Source: Octopus bimaculoides (Eukaryota). From it: a DNA stretch of 64,000 bases. The notes beneath the pieces were generated by a model that did no database searches, was not told the origin of the DNA, and saw only the letters and a program-made list of their open reading frames with translations. The position numbers were made by a program, and so were the translations under genes. The stretch is taken from NCBI RefSeq assembly GCF_001194135.2, contig NC_068986.1, forward strand, positions 30,163,091 through 30,227,090. The letters run 5' to 3'. Of this stretch, positions 52,111 to 64,000 are shown piece by piece. Each line of letters opens with the position of its first letter. Positions within the stretch are counted from its first letter, which is position 1.

Positions 52111-52607
52111 ATGTTTGCAGGGTTGTGATTTAAGGGAAATTTTGCTGATATATCTAGCAAGTTGATCAATCACATTGATGCATCTTGTTTGTATGAAAAT
52201 GGTGAGGTTACAGGTAGTGGTAGTGAAAATAATTTAGAATGCAAGGAAATTACAAAACTGAAATAATAAAGCTAATAATGACAGTAACAATGGCAAGAAG
52301 AACAACAGATTTTGTACATTGCTTTTGGTTATTGAAAACACATTTTTGTTTGGCTTCTTTAGATATTGGAAAATAGAGTCTCATGAATATTTTAGCAATG
52401 ACAAAGCAGACAAATGAGAAATCAAACCCTGAGAATATTTGAAAAGAAATGTCTGGAATAATCCCTAATTAGGTGTCTAGACTTTCCGAAACACTAAATA
52501 AATTTTGTAAAGATGATTTTTTCCCTCCATTTCCACAAGTATAACATAGACACACTTCAATAATATTATCTAGTTGTCTATCAACCATGCTTGTTTACTT
52601 GTGGTTG

Positions 52608-52643
<36 letters not shown>

Positions 52644-54245
52644 ATAAACACATATAGCAATTTATAGTGGAACTAACGTTATTCAGTTATTTAACATGTC
52701 AGCCAGTTGCTCAGTCAAGCAGCGAACATTCCTTCAGAGAATATTAACACAAGAACAACCCAGAATCAATGCCGGGTGAATCTGTTGAATAGCATCATTG
52801 ATGAAGGCAACAACAGGGATTATGATGAGTGGTGGATTATTATTTTATTATAGCCATAGCTTCTTGAAGGAAAAGACAGGAAACATTTCAATGTGCATAG
52901 CAGTAGGATAAAGGAATATTGGAAGAAGCGGGGGAAGAGGGAGCAGAAGAAATAATAGTCATAAAAGGATAGAGTAATAGTCACTTGATGCTTGGTAATA
53001 AGTCTGAGGCACCAGCAAAGCCCTACTTNNNNNNNNNNAGTATCTCCATAGATGGGCTGTTGCTGGAATGGTGAGGGAGTAGAAGTATTTAGACAGTGTA
53101 GAATCCATTGCAGGCATAAACAGGGAAGTAGGGAAAGAAAGGAATTTAGCATGTGTGAAGGGAGAGAGATAAAAGAGAAGGTTCAGGCTGCTCCCACCCA
53201 TTTCACACTGTAAATGAATGTATGCATTTAAAAGTGTGTGTATGTATGATATTAATGTGGCTGCTTCCATCTGTGCATGTATTTGCGGGTGAGAGAGGAG
53301 GTGAATTTGTGTGTGTCTGTGCACAAATATAGATTTTCAAATGTCTGCATGTTTATGACACAGTATATTCTCAGGAAGGGTAATGGAGTTGCTGTTACAC
53401 TAATTGCTGGGTTTCTGCTGCTGTCTCATCCTTCGCTTCCTTTAAGACTATATACATCTGGGTTCCCACTCCCTATTTTCTGTCACTACAGCTGCACCCA
53501 CACACCATACACATGCACATACACATATGCATCTACTACACTCCTTTCCTATCAGTCTTTACTCCAGTAAAAATTCTGCCGGTATGCAGTGACATCAACA
53601 ATTGAATGGAATCCCCTCAAACTGCTATCAGGTGGGTGTCTGCTAATATTCTTGAATTCCAATGGTATTTCACACTAAATTTTACAGTTAAACATGAAAA
53701 TTACTTTGAAATTTATTTCTTAAAATTTCAACTTCAAAAAAAAAAGAAAGAAAACTCTCTTAGAATTTTGATAGATTTGTATCTATTTTTACATTAGGAA
53801 TTTCCCCCTTCATTCTTTTCTGTTTACTTGTTGTAACTGAAAGCAGAAGAATATTTCAACAGGCATCCTACTACATGCTTCCATTTCTGACAGCCTTGAT
53901 TCTTCAACATGTGACTGTTAAGGAATTTCAAATCATTTCCTGCATTTTTACTCTACTTTCACGGTGTATGTTTTTACTATTTTATTACATCTTATATAGA
54001 CATTTCTCGCCCTTTCCTTAAAACACTATTTCATGCTCTTTTTTAAGAGGTTCTTTTATTCAATTAGCTTTCTTAAAGGTCACCAATTCCCATTCTGTTT
54101 GTATTACATTCTCAAATATTACCTATTGATTTGTAGATGACATTATAAAGTTAATGTCTAGGAACTACTGAAATTCAATAATGCTTCTTCAAGATTTTTA
54201 ATTACTTTATTTTTAACTCAATTTCTTCCATCATTCCAATTATTT

Positions 54246-54309
<64 letters not shown>

Positions 54310-54810
54310 CAACTGTTTTTCCAATCTGATATTTTCAAAAATTTAACAATGATGGTGATTTCGTGATTGTTTTTATAATTACGTTCCCCAGACTGACATT
54401 TTTATTTAGTGTGACATTTCTGTAAATTCCAAAAACTATTTTTGAGGAGATATTAAGTGTCAGATAAAGAAAATAATACAAGATTTTTTTAAAAACTTTT
54501 CCCTTGACTTTTTTAATCAAAATATTGTTAGAAATAACAGGGAAAGAGTAGAAAGTTGTTGAATAGAAATTAATTCAATTCTTCTGTCGAAATTTTTTTT
54601 TTTTTCACATATGAATTATAAGGTTAAATATAAAACAAACTCCAGAATACAATAGTATAACAGTATTATAATCAATTATATAATGTGATGTGTGTTTATT
54701 GTGTATATGATTAAAAATGGTACATACATATGATTTGTTGCCAGAGAATGTTGAGTTACACCGGTTATGTATAACAAATATTTTGGCAGGGGTAACATGT
54801 GACTACTTAC

Positions 54811-54842
54811 AGAAGCCACCATGATGACGGCATGAAACAAGA
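54811..54842 (-). CDS. Candidate 32-bp exon on the minus strand (xLFHAVIMVAS among three open frames)
   Basis: Acceptor TTTGATTTCCCCTATTTATTTGTCTAG, donor TCT|GTAAGT. Confidence 0.3.
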
Positions 54843-56099
54843 CTAGACAAATAAATAGGGGAAATCAAACACAATAGTTATATTATCAAATATTAAAATA
54901 TCCATGTCATATATTTAAGATAGTCATGTTGTTAAATATGAAAATAAAAAGCTACTAAGCCCTAAAATAGCCATACATTCAAATGTATAATAGAGATATC
55001 AAGTATGAAAATAGCTGTATTGCCAATGAAAATATCGTTTTTGATAAACTTGTTGTAATGACTGAAAATGATAACAGTTCATTTGGTGCAAATGATAAAG
55101 TTGTGTCCACTTTGGTAACTTCACATTTCAAATTTCGAATCACTCAAGAGTTCAGTTAATTCTGTTTTTCATCATTACAGTGTTGATAAAATGAACACCG
55201 TAAAAAGCCTTTTGTTTATTCAAATGACCATATTGCTTTAATCAAAAGACCATATTGATAGAAAAAATATCAAAACTATCGTATATCAATCTGTCTTTTA
55301 TTAAGACATGAAAAGAGTGTAAAGCAAGGAAAACTAGCTTTGATATCTAGCACAAGATATTTGTTTATTCAAAGTGTTATTGAATAAACTATATATAAAT
55401 GTTTTGATTAACTATTTACTTTTAATGATGGACAAATTTATTGAAATTAATTTTCCCTCTGCTGTTTGTAATATTCTACCTTTTCAAGTCTGCTTGTCAT
55501 TTTCCTTCTTAGTTGTTGCTTTCTTTTCACCTTCATTTTCATCCCTTTTATTAATAAAAGATTCTTGTTCCTTCTGTAAAAGGACTACATTAAGAGTACA
55601 GTAGATAGACTAATGTGTGAAAGAAATTGAAATGGCAGTATGTCACCTTTTAGAAGCAAAAAAGTCTTCTAGAGGGAAAGAGAGTGAGATACAGACAGGC
55701 AGAGAAACAGTGCCACAAATGAATTAAAAAGGAGGAATATGTAAATGATAAGTAAACTAGACAAATAAAAAGATGACAAAGAGTAGAGGAGATGGGAGAG
55801 AAAAAAGTTGATGAGATATATATGTGAGATGAATGAAGTAAGAGGAGTTCATTTGTAAGGAATAGAGACAGTAAGAGAGAGGGGGTGGAAGTAATGTAAA
55901 ACAGGGGACAAGGCTACAGCAATCTCAACCTATGTATTTTAAATACCTATTTTTAAAAATGCTTAAAATTTCCAGGAATATTTCAAGTACCTGTAGTGCC
56001 TTTCACTATTTGTAATAGTTCACCATCAGTTTCAACCATAATAGCATAAAGAATAACGTGTTATCACCATAACCATTACTGTCCCCAACGTCCACTTAC

Positions 56100-56131
56100 A
56101 AAATTTAAGAGATTTCAGAAGAAAATTAGAT
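56100..56131 (-). CDS. Candidate 32-bp exon on the minus strand (xSNFLLKSLKFx)
   Basis: Acceptor ATAATGTCCTTCATACAG, donor TTT|GTAAGT, a single open frame. Confidence 0.2.
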
Positions 56132-56309
56132 CTGTATGAAGGACATTATATTTAGTTAACTAAAGTAATTAATTTATATGTCAATAATGAATTTTTATGC
56201 TTTTGACTGAGATGTACAGTTGTATTCCTCTGATAGTTAAAGGATGAGAAAGACCTGGACGTTGAGATTATGATCTGTTGAAACAATAGGGTCAGATGTC
56301 TTGTAGTTT

Positions 56310-56799
56310 GATGTCACAAACTACCATCCTTTATTTTCTACAGCTACAACATCACAGCTATTTGGACAGTAGTTCTGTTACTCTAACCTTATTACTACTC
56401 CACCTTGTGGAGGGTATTTCTATAACTATAATTTCTTAGCTACTCTACTTTTTTTGTCAACAGTATTTTTATAATCATAACCTCACAACTTCTCTACCTT
56501 TGTGTATGGTCAGTAGTTTTCCAATTATAACATCACTGCTACTGTGCCTTCATGCAGACCATATTCCTACTATTTTAACCTTACAACTACCATGCATTTT
56601 ATGTAGTCAGTGCGTCTACTTATCTTAACTTTACTGCCATTATGTGGACAGTGTTCCTTGTATACGTTAATCTGACAGCTACTGTCCCTTTATGTAGAGA
56701 ATAGTTTTCTTACATTTAACTTCATTATCACATGTCTTAACATTCCAATTTTGACTGCCCCATCTTCTTTTGTGTGTGTGTGTGTATTTTGGACTACAT
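56310..56799 (+). repeat. 490-bp segment, copy 1 (itself a degenerate ~48-bp tandem array)
   Basis: Collinear with 57554..58041 at roughly 90% identity by eye. Confidence 0.9.
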
Positions 56800-57239
56800 T
56801 GTCTAATGTATCTTTCCTGTTTCAAATTGGTATGGTGTGAATTAAGAAAAATTGGCTGCTATTTCTAGCAGAGTGAGCAACTGTGCCAAGGCTGTGTTAC
56901 TGGCCTGCTGTTGTTACAGTTGTTGTTATGATTGTTTAAGAGTTCCAGACATCTCTGTTCAAGTAGATTTATGACACAGATCAATGTAGAGCAGCCCACT
57001 GATCAGGTGCACAAGGCTGAAATGTCATGATTATAGGGTAGCTTGCCCATTGGCCAATATTGCATTTCTACAATTTGATTGGTAATCCAGCCACGACTAT
57101 CCTGTCTTCATTGTAAGGCACACTGTCTTAAGATGTGGTCCCTATTTAAAAGATGGTAAGGGGAGTATTGAAAAAATTTAGTTGCTACATCAAGTGGGTG
57201 GAGTGACTACATAGGAATCTCCCTGTGACTGACATGTGT

Positions 57240-58175
57240 CTGGATCTGCAAGACTTAACATGATTCATGTGTTTATGTCTGATAGACTGACACGCTTTAT
57301 GTGTGTTTAGTTTTGATAGAATAACATACTTCACGTGTTTGTATCTTACAGGCAAACATGCTTCAAGCATTTCGATCTGTTAGAATAATATGCTTCGTAT
57401 GTTTGGATCTAACATGCTTCACTTGTTTAAGGTCTGATAAACTGATATACTTCATGGGTTTAGATTTCATAGAATAGCATGCTTTGTGTGTTTAGGTCCA
57501 AAGCATTGACATATGTCTATTTCTGATAGACTAACATGTCATAACTTCAATCAGATGTCACAAACTACCATCCTTTATTTTCTACAGCTATAACATCACA
57601 GCTATTTGGACAGTAGTTCTGTTACTCTAACCTTACTACTACTCCACCTTGTGAATAGTATTTTTACAACTATAATTTCATAGCCACTCTACCTTTTTTT
57701 TGTCAACAGTATTTTTATAATCATAACCTCACAACTTTTCTACCTTTGTGTATGGTCAGTAGTTCTTCAATTATAACATTACTGCTACTGTGCCTTCATG
57801 CAGACCATATTCCTACTATTTTAACCTTAAAACTACCATGCATTTTATGTAGTCAGTGCTTCTACTTATCTTAACTTTACTGCTATTATTCCATTATGTG
57901 GACAGTGTTCCTTGTATACATTAATCTGACAGCTACTGTCCCTTTATTGGAGAATAGTTTTCTTACATTAACTTCATTACCACATGTCTTTACATTCCAG
58001 TTTTGCCCACCCCATCATTTTTTGTATATTTTGGACTACATAGATTTGACAAACTGATATGTTTTGTGTGTTTAGATCTGATAGACTGATACACTTCGTG
58101 TGATTAGGTTTGATAGAATAGCATGCTTTGTGTGCTTAGATCTGAAACACTGACATGTTTCGTACATCGAGATCT
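57240..58175 (+). repeat. Degenerate ~32-bp minisatellite (AGATCTGATAGACTGACATGCTTCGTGTGTTT-like) interrupted by copy 2 of the 490-bp segment
   Basis: About 9 units before 57550 and about 4 after 58041. Confidence 0.8.
57554..58041 (+). repeat. 490-bp segment, copy 2
   Basis: Starts GATGTCACAAACTACCATCC and ends GGACTACAT, as copy 1 does. Confidence 0.9.
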
Positions 58176-58424
58176 TGTAAGCGAACATGTCACCACTGGT
58201 ACCCCATGTCACAACTAGCATCACATGTCACACCTAGTATCACGTGTCACAACTGTCATCACATGCCACAAACAACCATCCTTTATTCCCCTCAAACTAG
58301 ACCCTACCAAATTATCAGAGAAAGAACACACTGGACAATGTAATCCTAGTATACGAAAAGAAAGAATGCTCATGACTAGAATATCTCTGATTATGTCTGC
58401 TTGATCAGAGCTCACGTGGGACCT

Positions 58425-58614
58425 AATAACAACAACAACAACATCAGTGACAGAAGGGATGGTAAGAGCAACAGAAATAATAGTAGTAGCACCAGAAGAA
58501 TTCTTTTGGTGTTGGATAGAGCAGTGGTAGTAGTTGTAATCATATAATAGTACTATGGAGAACAGCTTCTGTGCCGGTTGTAAATTTATAATAGTAGAGC
58601 TGGATATAGCTACG

Positions 58615-58651
<37 letters not shown>

Positions 58652-59096
58652 CAGCAGCAGCAACTGTAATAGTAGTAATAGTAGCAACAGTAGCAGCAAC
58701 TGTAGTAGTAGTTGTAGTAGTAGTATTGCAACCACATAATAGTACAACACGTTGCCACAGTGGTAGTAGCAGTAACTATACTGTTATAGTTGTAGATATA
58801 ACTTCAGTAGTAGTGGTAGCTATATATTGGTAGTGCTGGATACAGCTACAGTAGTAGTAGTGGTGGTGGTGGTGATGGTGGTGGTGGTGGTGGTGGTGGT
58901 GGCGGTGGCGGCGGCGGCAGCAGCAGCAGCAGTAGTAGTAATAGTAGTAGTGGGTGGTGGTGGTAAAAACAGCCATAGTAGTTGTAAGTGCAGTTGCAAC
59001 AGTATTGGTTGCAGTGGCAATAGTGGTAGTAGCAGTAGCTACTACAACATTAGCAGTAGTTATAAGTTATAGCCAGTAACAGTGTGATACCCATGC

Positions 59097-59163
<67 letters not shown>

Positions 59164-59550
59164 AGGAGAGCAGAAACAGTCAGCAATAACAATATAAACA
59201 CAAGACAACACAAACAACAATTGCCACCACCAGGCCACCACCACNNNNNNNNNNNNNNNNNNNNNNNNNNNNNNNNNNNNNNNNNNNNNNNNNNNNNNNN
59301 NNNNNNNNNNNNNNNNNNNNNNNNNNNNNNNNNNNNNNNNNNNNNNNNNNNNNNNNNNNNNNNNNNNNNNNNNNNNNNNNNNNNNNNNNNNNNNNNNNNN
59401 NNNNNNNNNNNNNNNNNGATGATGATGATGGTGGTGTTTTTTTTTTTTATATATTTGCCACCAGGGCAACAGATTAGAGGGACAATACAAAGACAGACAG
59501 AAAGTGTGGCAGGGTATACCTAGACTGAAATGACAACAAAAATTAATAAC

Positions 59551-59600
<50 letters not shown>

Positions 59601-61134
59601 TAATAATAATAATGCACCAAAGCAGGAGTGTGCTGTACAGTTGCTTGACCTGTTTTAATGGACACATTCATTTTTGTAATTTGGAGACTAGATAGGATAG
59701 TCATGGCTGGAATGCCTTTGATCAATAGACCTGCACAATCAGGGCTGACATATGGAGGTGGCTACACGACAATAGCAACAACAACACAGCATTAACAGGC
59801 AGGTGGGGGTTGGGGTGCAGGAATAGTGCTTAGCGCTAACAACAGCGACAGTAAACAACAAGAACACAGAGAAACAAAGGCAGCAATAGTGCAAACAACA
59901 ATAACAACAACAACACAACAATCGTAGCCGTGACAGTCATCAACAGTAATAGCAGTAGTGAAGACATGTGCAACAGCAGCAGAAGAAAAATATATATATA
60001 TATATATATATATATANNNNNNNNNNNNNNNNNNNNNNNNNNNNNNNNNNNNNNNNNNNNNNNNNNNNNNNNNNNNNNNNNNNNNNNNNNNNNNNNNNNN
60101 NNNNNNNNNNNNNNNNNNNNNNNNNNNNNNNNNNNNNNNNNNNNNNNNNNNNNNNNNNNNNNNNNNNNNNNNNNNNNNNNNNNNNNNNNNNNNNNNNNNN
60201 NNNNNNNNNNNNNNNNNNNNNNNNNNNNNNNNNNNNNNNNNNNNNNNNNNNNNNNNNNNNNNNNNNNNNNNNNNNNNNNNNNNNNNNNNNNNNNNNNNNN
60301 NNNNNNNNNNNNNNNNNNNNNNNNNNNNNNNNNNNNNNNNNNNNNNNNNNNNNNNNNNNNNNNNNNNNNNNNNNNNNNNNNNNNNNNNNNNNNNNNNNNN
60401 NNNNNNNNNNNNNNNNNNNNNNNNNNNNNNNNNNNNNNNNNNNNNNNNNNNNNNNNNNNNNNNNNNNNNNNNNNNNNNNNNNNNNNNNNNNNNNNNNNNN
60501 NNNNNNNNNNNNNNNNNNNNNNNNNNNNNNNNNNNNNNNNNNNNNNNNNNNNNNNNNNNNNNNNNNNNNNNNNNNNNNNNNNNNNNNNNNNNATATATAT
60601 ATATATATACATCAGTAGTGAGAATAACATTGGCAGCAGTGACAGCTGCAGCAACAGCAGCAGCAGTAGCAGTAGCTGCAGCAGTTACAGTAGTAGCTGC
60701 AGCATGTATGGCGTCGTCTATTTTGTGTATGTGCTGGAAGTATTGTGAGATTTGCACTACACAGCTGTAGCTCAGCTCCAGTTCTTTGCTGTAACAATGT
60801 GCTCTGCTCTGCTTCTAGACTGTCAACATGTGGTCATCACATGGCATCCTAGCTCACGCGTTCAGGCTTGTTCTATTACAGGGTTGGATACAACTAACAC
60901 GATGGTTAGTGGTTGTAAACCATGTAATTCTTTTTACTTGTTTCAGCCGTTTGACTGCGGCCATGCTGGAGCACCGCTTTTAGTCTAACAAAATCGACTC
61001 CAGGACTTATTCTTTGTAAGCCTAGTAACTATTTTATCGGTCTCTTTTGTCGAACCGCTAATGTACGGGGACATAAACACACCAGCATCGGTTGTCTAGC
61101 GATGTTGAGGAGACAAACACAGACACACAAACAT

Positions 61135-61174
<40 letters not shown>

Positions 61175-61466
61175 GACAGGCTTCTTTCAGTTTCCGTCTA
61201 CAAATCCACTCACAAGGCTTTGGTCGGCCCGAGGCTATAGTAGAAAACACTTGCCCAAGGTGCCACGCAGTGGGACTGAACCCGGAACCATGTGGTTTTA
61301 AGCAAGCTACTTACCAGACAGTCACTCCTATTATTATTACTATTGCAATAACAAAAATGATAATAATAATAACAATGATATTAATAATATAATTAGAAAA
61401 CAGCTATAGTACTTATTATAACCATAACCATATAATAACAGTACTGGATGTAACTACAGCAGCAGA

Positions 61467-61558
<92 letters not shown>

Positions 61559-61700
61559 AAACCAACTGTAGTAGCAGTAAGTACAAGAGCTGTGGCAAGA
61601 AGTCTTGGTGGTTGCAGCTGCAGCGTTGGCTGCAGTAAGTGCATTTGTAATAATATTGGCAGTAGATACTGCAACGCTGTCAGTAATAGTAGTAGTAGTA
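58425..61700 (+). repeat. Extended trinucleotide-mosaic low-complexity field (GTA/GCA/GTG/ACA/ATA)
   Basis: Pure and cryptic period-3 repeats with two N-gaps and one SINE. Confidence 0.9.
60928..61328 (-). mobile_element. SINE family A, near full length
   Basis: Tail, body, (TA)n and head all collinear with 62119..62527. Confidence 0.9.
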
Positions 61701-62071
61701 AAATATCATCTATTTGCTTACATACAGGCACATTCATCCGTCCATCTTATGTATATATATTTCAGAAGCTTAGCAAGTCATGCACACATGTAAATATGCA
61801 GATGTGGGTGCATGCACACAAATATGTCAAGGCATACAGCTCCACACAAGCAATGACATTCATACTTGCTTGCATGCATGTATGTACACATGTACACATG
61901 TGCACATACATGCAAGTTTATGTGCATACATACAAGCATGCAGGTATATATGTGCGCATGGCTCAGTGGTTAGAGTGCCGGACTCACAATCATGAGGTAG
62001 TGAGTTCGGGCATGTCTTTTCTTTTGGAAGGAAAGGGACAGAAAGATAGATCCCCTTTCGCGCGCGTGCAC

Positions 62072-62103
<32 letters not shown>

Positions 62104-62106
62104 ATA

Positions 62107-62738
62107 TACGAGGGAATACTCTCTTTTACTCTTTTACTTGTTTCAGTCATTTGACTGCGGCCATGCTGGAGCACCGCCTTTTGTCGAGCAAATCGACCCC
62201 AGGACTTATTCTTTGGAAGCCTAGTACTTATTCTATCGGTCTCTTTTGCCAAACCGCTAAGTTACGGGGCGTAAACACACCACCATCGGTTGTCAAGCGA
62301 TGGTGGGGGGACAAACACAGACACGCACACACACATATATATATATACATATACATATATACGATGGGCTTCTTTCAGTTTCCGTCTATCAAATCCACTC
62401 ACAAGGCTTTGGTCGTCCTGAGGCTATAGTAAAAAGACACTTACCCAAGATGCCACGCAGTGGGACTGAACCCGGGACCATGTGGTTTGTAAGCAAGCTA
62501 CTTACCACACAGCCACTCCTGCGCCTATGGTGAAAAGTTCCTGGGTTTGGGCAAAAGAAAATACAGGAGGATCAGTTAATTATGATTTTATTCAACATAT
62601 TCCCCTCTCAGATTCCCATACTTATTGCAGCAGTCCTTCAGTTTTTCTAAGGTTTGTAAAAGAACTCTGAAGATTGGGTCTCCAGACAGGCCTTTCGCCA
62701 GGAACTTAGAGCCAGGAACTTTTCAGCACTTCCTCGTA
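62107..62738. mobile_element. mariner-type MITE whose left TIR is split by a family A SINE
   Basis: Right TIR reverse complement TACGAGGAAGTGCTGAAAAGTTCCTGG; the left TIR reconstructs as TACGAGGGAAT(62107..62117) + GGTGAAAAGTTCCTGG(62529..), 24/27 match; TA ends. Confidence 0.8.
62119..62527 (-). mobile_element. SINE family A, full length, low divergence
   Basis: Retains most CpGs; complete from the AGGCGCAGGAG head to the (GAGTAAAA)n tail. Confidence 0.92.
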
Positions 62739-62886
62739 TTGTAGATGGCTGATCAGAGTTGCTTATGAAAAATGCATCTGGATATCTTTTAAAGATATGA
62801 GAGGAAACTTTGGTCAAGTATCATAGACTTCTTCAGGAACAGTTGTATAATTGTGAGCCATTAAATACTTAACTTTTTAAATATAG

Positions 62887-62928
62887 GTTCATTCCTGATA
62901 TGAGTGTTCCTTTCGATCAAAACTGCAT
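62887..62928 (+). CDS. Candidate 42-bp exon (xFIPDMSVPFDQNCx)
   Basis: Acceptor CTTAACTTTTTAAATATAG, donor CAT|GTAAGT, a single open frame (phase 2-2). Confidence 0.35.
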
Positions 62929-64000
62929 GTAAGTACACATGAAATTTTGGGGGTTACAACTATGAAGATTAACTGTTCTGTAGATGTCATCATTGTCATC
63001 ATTATCATCATCATCATCAGCATTGTCATCATTGTCTTTGACATCGTCGTCATCATCATTATCGTTATCATCACCATCATTTAATGAAGAGTTTTTTGAA
63101 ATCAGTGAGAAAAAGAATATTTATGGACATCTGCTACAAAACATTTAACTTTTCTACCCAGGTACTACATATTTACATTTGTACTTATTGCAGCATTTGA
63201 TTATGTTACAAAAGGTGTAATAGTTATCTTGAAAGACTGAATGCTTTTTTAGACAAAGAACGTGACCAAATGACATGCATTTTGAAGATACAGTCTGTAA
63301 ATGGAACAGAAAAAATATTTAAGTTTTTTCTAAAATTCAGCATGTAAATTTTCACTATTGTTATTTTCTATCTCCGAACAATAGGGCATTGTTTCTTTGT
63401 TAGAGACTAGCTTTTTTTTTGGAAGAATTCAAAGTATAAAAAAAATAAGTAATATGCATTCATAATAAGTAATATGTGTACACTTATGTAGGCTTCTGTC
63501 TGTGCATGTATTCATATATACATTTACATAAGTGTATGTGTGTAAATGTGTTTGTGTATGTGTATCCAACTCAAATGGATTTTGTTAAACATGCACACAC
63601 ATACAAGCATACATAATCACATGTATGTATATGTGTATGTTTTGTGTACACAGATGTGTTGATATGTACATATATTTGCAGACATAGAATCATACATTCT
63701 TTTTTTATATGTAACTCTTTTAATAGAATATTCTGGAATAGTGTATTGATGTTAGAAAAGTCTTTGGTAACAATATACACGTCTCAAATGATTTGATTAT
63801 GTTTTCCAATAAAATACACTTTAAAATTGAAGTCTTTCTTTTACAAAATCCTGAAAAATCTGACACTTTAAAAGGAACTGTGTAAGGTTAGAGGCTCAAC
63901 GTTAGTGTTGATGTTGGTGTTAATGTTGGCCTATTTATATTGCAATCATGTGTAATATGTATATATGTGTGTGTGTTATCAAAGAGAGACAGACAGACAG

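Noticed and set aside
54971-55114. Open stretch PYIQMYNRDIKYENSCIANENIVFDKLVVMTENDNSSFGANDKVVSTL ending at TTG|GTAACT
   Set aside because: Poor acceptor, no recognised homologue; compatible with chance in AT-rich DNA.

Overview
AT-rich, microsatellite-dense eukaryotic DNA from a gapped short-read scaffold, with about 20 N-runs mostly sitting at (TA)n/(CA)n tracts. The repeat families look like those I recall from Octopus (coleoid cephalopod) genomes; this is an inference from pattern recognition, not a database match. No complete or multi-exon protein-coding gene could be reconstructed. The window behaves like intronic or intergenic DNA, with a few splice-site-bounded micro-exon candidates on both strands. 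It contains: (1) dozens of copies of about four tRNA-headed or tail-sharing SINE families, several with 15-17 bp target-site duplications (TSDs) and nested insertions; (2) decayed LINE fragments, including an RTE copy with an inverted 5' half, a CRE-clade zinc-knuckle/restriction-like endonuclease fragment and an L2/CR1-like 3' end; (3) DNA transposon relics and MITEs (hAT-Buster, piggyBac/TTAA, mariner, Tigger/pogo, a MULE-like foldback); (4) minisatellites with higher-order structure and a diverged 490-bp duplication. Almost all ORFs in the supplied track are microsatellite or N-gap artefacts. No CRISPR array, rRNA, true tRNA gene or clearly new biological system is supported. The best leads are the twin-priming-like RTE inversion, a fold-back SINE pair that could form long dsRNA, and the micro-exon candidates.
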